This document shows, in pieces, positions 5,304 to 7,284 of a stretch of 7,284 bases of DNA (position 1 is its first letter; every line of letters begins with the position of its first letter). The notes under the pieces were generated by a model that saw only the letters and a program-made list of their open reading frames with translations, was not told the DNA's origin and made no database searches. The DNA lies in NCBI RefSeq assembly GCF_004376175.1, contig NZ_SNUY01000049.1:24271-31554 (forward strand), given 5' to 3'. The DNA is from Halalkalibacterium halodurans (GTDB lineage: Bacteria > Bacillota > Bacilli > Bacillales > Bacillaceae_D). The position numbers were made by a program, and so were the translations under genes.

Positions 5304-7140
5304 ATGATACTTTTGATTGACGGTATTTTCCTGGTGTCATTCCTTCCTTTTTCTTAAACGATCGAATGAAGTTTTGCGAGTTGCCATAGCATAATCGTTC
5401 GGCAATTTCTCGAATCGGCATGGACGTTTCCAGCAACCATTTTTTCGCCATCGCTAATCGATAGGAGCTCAAATATTCACTAAATGAAATGTTCGTCTCC
5501 TTGCGAAAAATGCTGCTTAAGTAGTTCGGGTTGTAATGTAGTCGTTCAGCAATGGATTCTAACGTTAGTTCCATATCAAATTCATTTTGGATGATGTGGA
5601 TAATTTGGTCGGAAATTGTTTTGTATTGGGAATCCATACGCTCGGCTACAGTGTGAACCGATGGCGCGATTAATTTCGTAAAAAACCATTGCTTCACTTC
5701 ATCGATTGTTTGTAAGCTAAACAATTGGTCAAAGAGCGTTTTCTTATCATAAACGTCCACTGAATCAATGCCTAGAGTTTGCAGCAGTTGGATCGTATTG
5801 TTCAGCAGCCGAAGCAAGGAAATTTGATATTGGCTCGGATGAAGGTCCTTCTGAAAGATTCCATCAATCAGTGCATCTAAGTGATCTTTCACGTTCGATT
5901 TATCTCCTAGTTTAAGGGCATCGAACAATTCATTTTCTTGCTGCTTCGGATAGTACGTATGGAACGAATGAGTGTGTGCCAAATTTGAGAAGAAAATGAC
6001 TGATTGACAGCCTAGTTTAATCCGATATTTTAACGCTTCTATCCCTTCATCATACGCTTCTTGTGTTTTTGTAATATCGTCATACGGCAGGCTCACACCG
6101 ATGCTCACAGAAATGTCTAGCTGTTGTCTCACTTCGTTCATGATTGCTTCTGCTTTTTCGCGTACAAAACCGTCCCGCTTTTGCTCGTGGTCAACGTTCG
6201 TGAGGAGAATGAGTACGACGGTGTTGTTTAATAGAGCGGGCGTTAATCGCTCAACTTCAGGAATAAGGGTCTCTACTAAGTTGTTGATCGAAAATAAAAG
6301 AACATCTTTTTCTTCCTTTGCATACTTCGTTCCTTCCAGGGAATCGATTTGCAATGTAAGGACATGGAGCTGCCCCCAGTCTTTCGGATATTGGAATGTT
6401 TCGTATTTTGTTTCGATTTCCGATGGGCTCATATGACCTTTGATCAAATTAAGGACGAAAAATTGCTTTAGTTGTTTAATTTGACCTTGTAGCTTCTCTT
6501 CCAATTCATTGTTTAGATCGAGAACATTATGAATATGAGCGTGAATTAATTCAAATTCATCTTTCGGTGGCTTTTTCGCTGACCCTGCTGAAAAGGTCGC
6601 GGTGATCATTTGGTATAGCTCTTGAACTGGTCGGTAAATTCGCCTAGAGCCCACCCATGAATAAAGCAAGCTTAAGAGCAAGACACCAGCTGAAATGTAC
6701 ATTGTAAAGGCACCGATCGCGTTCGATTGTTTTGCTAGTTCTCGGCTTGAAATGACCGATACGTAGGTCCATTGGTTGTAATCAGATGTACGAAAGGTCA
6801 CCGTGTAGGTGGAATGACTTAAAGGTAAAGAAAATTGACCGTTGCCATTGGCTGTTTGCTGGGCAGCTAATGCCTCTATTAACGTACCATCGGAGAGTAA
6901 GTCATCCTCTAAGATCGAAAGGTTATGATAGCCAACAGGGCGATACTGTTCATCCAGTACGAAAAACGCTTCATTTTGACTGTTTTCACTTAAAATTTTA
7001 TTGACACTACATGCTGGAATGCTGGCGATGGCCAGTCCCGTTTTTTGATTGCTGTTAAGAGGTAGTTTTTTTACTAAATTCATTTGTGTGGAACAGGAGT
7101 TGGCTAATTCTTCATTAAATTCACTCCCCCACGTGTCCAC
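5302..7140 (-). CDS. Membrane-anchored AraC/XylS-family transcriptional regulator (sensor domain - TM - linker - C-terminal double HTH); 5' end uncertain, possibly a truncated or decaying gene
   Basis: The C-terminal ~100 aa (LTLESIAERLHYNPNYLSSIFRKETN.SFSEYL...R...AK.LL..T...I.EIAE..CY.N...F.R.FKK..G.TP..YR) is a canonical AraC HTH pair. One clear TM helix is present (AIGAFTMYISAGVLLLSLLYSWVG, about aa 141-165). The GTG start at 7140 has no SD and lies 3 codons after an in-frame TGA. Confidence 0.8.
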   Translation of the reverse strand: MDTWGSEFNEELANSCSTQMNLVKKLPLNSNQKTGLAIASIPACSVNKILSENSQNEAFFVLDEQYRPVGYHNLSILEDDLLSDGTLIEALAAQQTANGNGQFSLPLSHSTYTVTFRTSDYNQWTYVSVISSRELAKQSNAIGAFTMYISAGVLLLSLLYSWVGSRRIYRPVQELYQMITATFSAGSAKKPPKDEFELIHAHIHNVLDLNNELEEKLQGQIKQLKQFFVLNLIKGHMSPSEIETKYETFQYPKDWGQLHVLTLQIDSLEGTKYAKEEKDVLLFSINNLVETLIPEVERLTPALLNNTVVLILLTNVDHEQKRDGFVREKAEAIMNEVRQQLDISVSIGVSLPYDDITKTQEAYDEGIEALKYRIKLGCQSVIFFSNLAHTHSFHTYYPKQQENELFDALKLGDKSNVKDHLDALIDGIFQKDLHPSQYQISLLRLLNNTIQLLQTLGIDSVDVYDKKTLFDQLFSLQTIDEVKQWFFTKLIAPSVHTVAERMDSQYKTISDQIIHIIQNEFDMELTLESIAERLHYNPNYLSSIFRKETNISFSEYLSSYRLAMAKKWLLETSMPIREIAERLCYGNSQNFIRSFKKKEGMTPGKYRQSKVS

Positions 7141-7284
7141 GTACTGTCAAAACTTTATATAAGAGCCACAGGACAAATTTCTGTAACCCTTGATATTACT
7201 GATTCCATTCAATTTGCTACTATAGATGTGTTCCCATACCTTTTTACGTGATCAAGTTCTTTATGTTTTGTCAAACCTCAATTT

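Noticed and set aside
7147-7149. The in-frame TGA upstream of the regulator ORF as programmed read-through or selenocysteine.
   Set aside because: No SECIS-like hairpin follows it. Two more in-frame stops (TAA, TGA) lie about 35 codons further upstream. Decay is the simpler explanation.
1-7284. A search for CRISPR-like regularly spaced repeats, tRNA/rRNA genes, a CIRCE operator upstream of hsp20, T-box or riboswitch leaders, and toxin-antitoxin-sized gene pairs.
   Set aside because: None was found by eye. There is no array of direct repeats of 24 nt or more, no cloverleaf-capable segment, no TTAGCACTC-N9-GAGTGCTAA, and no pair of small co-directional ORFs with SDs outside the annotated genes.

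Overview
This looks like low-GC Firmicute (Bacillaceae-type) chromosomal DNA; strong AGGAGG-type ribosome-binding sites (SDs) fit that. Left to right: (1) A complete 1221-bp IS3-family insertion sequence at 1..1221, with TG...CA ends, imperfect terminal inverted repeats, and orfA/orfB in the 0/-1 arrangement. A T_TTA_AAG slippery heptamer lies inside the 40-nt window where both frames are open, and OrfB has an intact DD(35)E+K triad. (2) A 164-aa all-TPR protein whose ATG begins on the first base after the IS end. (3) An Hsp20/alpha-crystallin small heat-shock protein with a clean terminator. (4) A two-gene piece of a CUT1 (LplABC/YtcPQ-type) carbohydrate ABC importer: one LplC-like permease plus a very acidic ~510-aa lipoprotein solute-binding protein, preceded by a cre-like box. 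(5) Convergent to these, a membrane-anchored AraC-type hybrid sensor/regulator whose 5' end looks decayed. I see no CRISPR array, tRNA/rRNA, toxin-antitoxin pair or recognisable defence cassette. I cannot honestly nominate a novel multi-gene system here. The points worth a second look are the IS/host junction, the IS recoding and junction-promoter signals, alternative hairpins around the hsp20 SD, signs that the sugar-uptake locus is incomplete or eroding, and an unassigned GC-rich ~150-bp segment in the convergent intergenic region. The acidic surface protein and IS type recall alkaliphilic Bacillus (B. halodurans-like; from memory its IS655 is an IS3 member of about this length), but I cannot verify that without a search.
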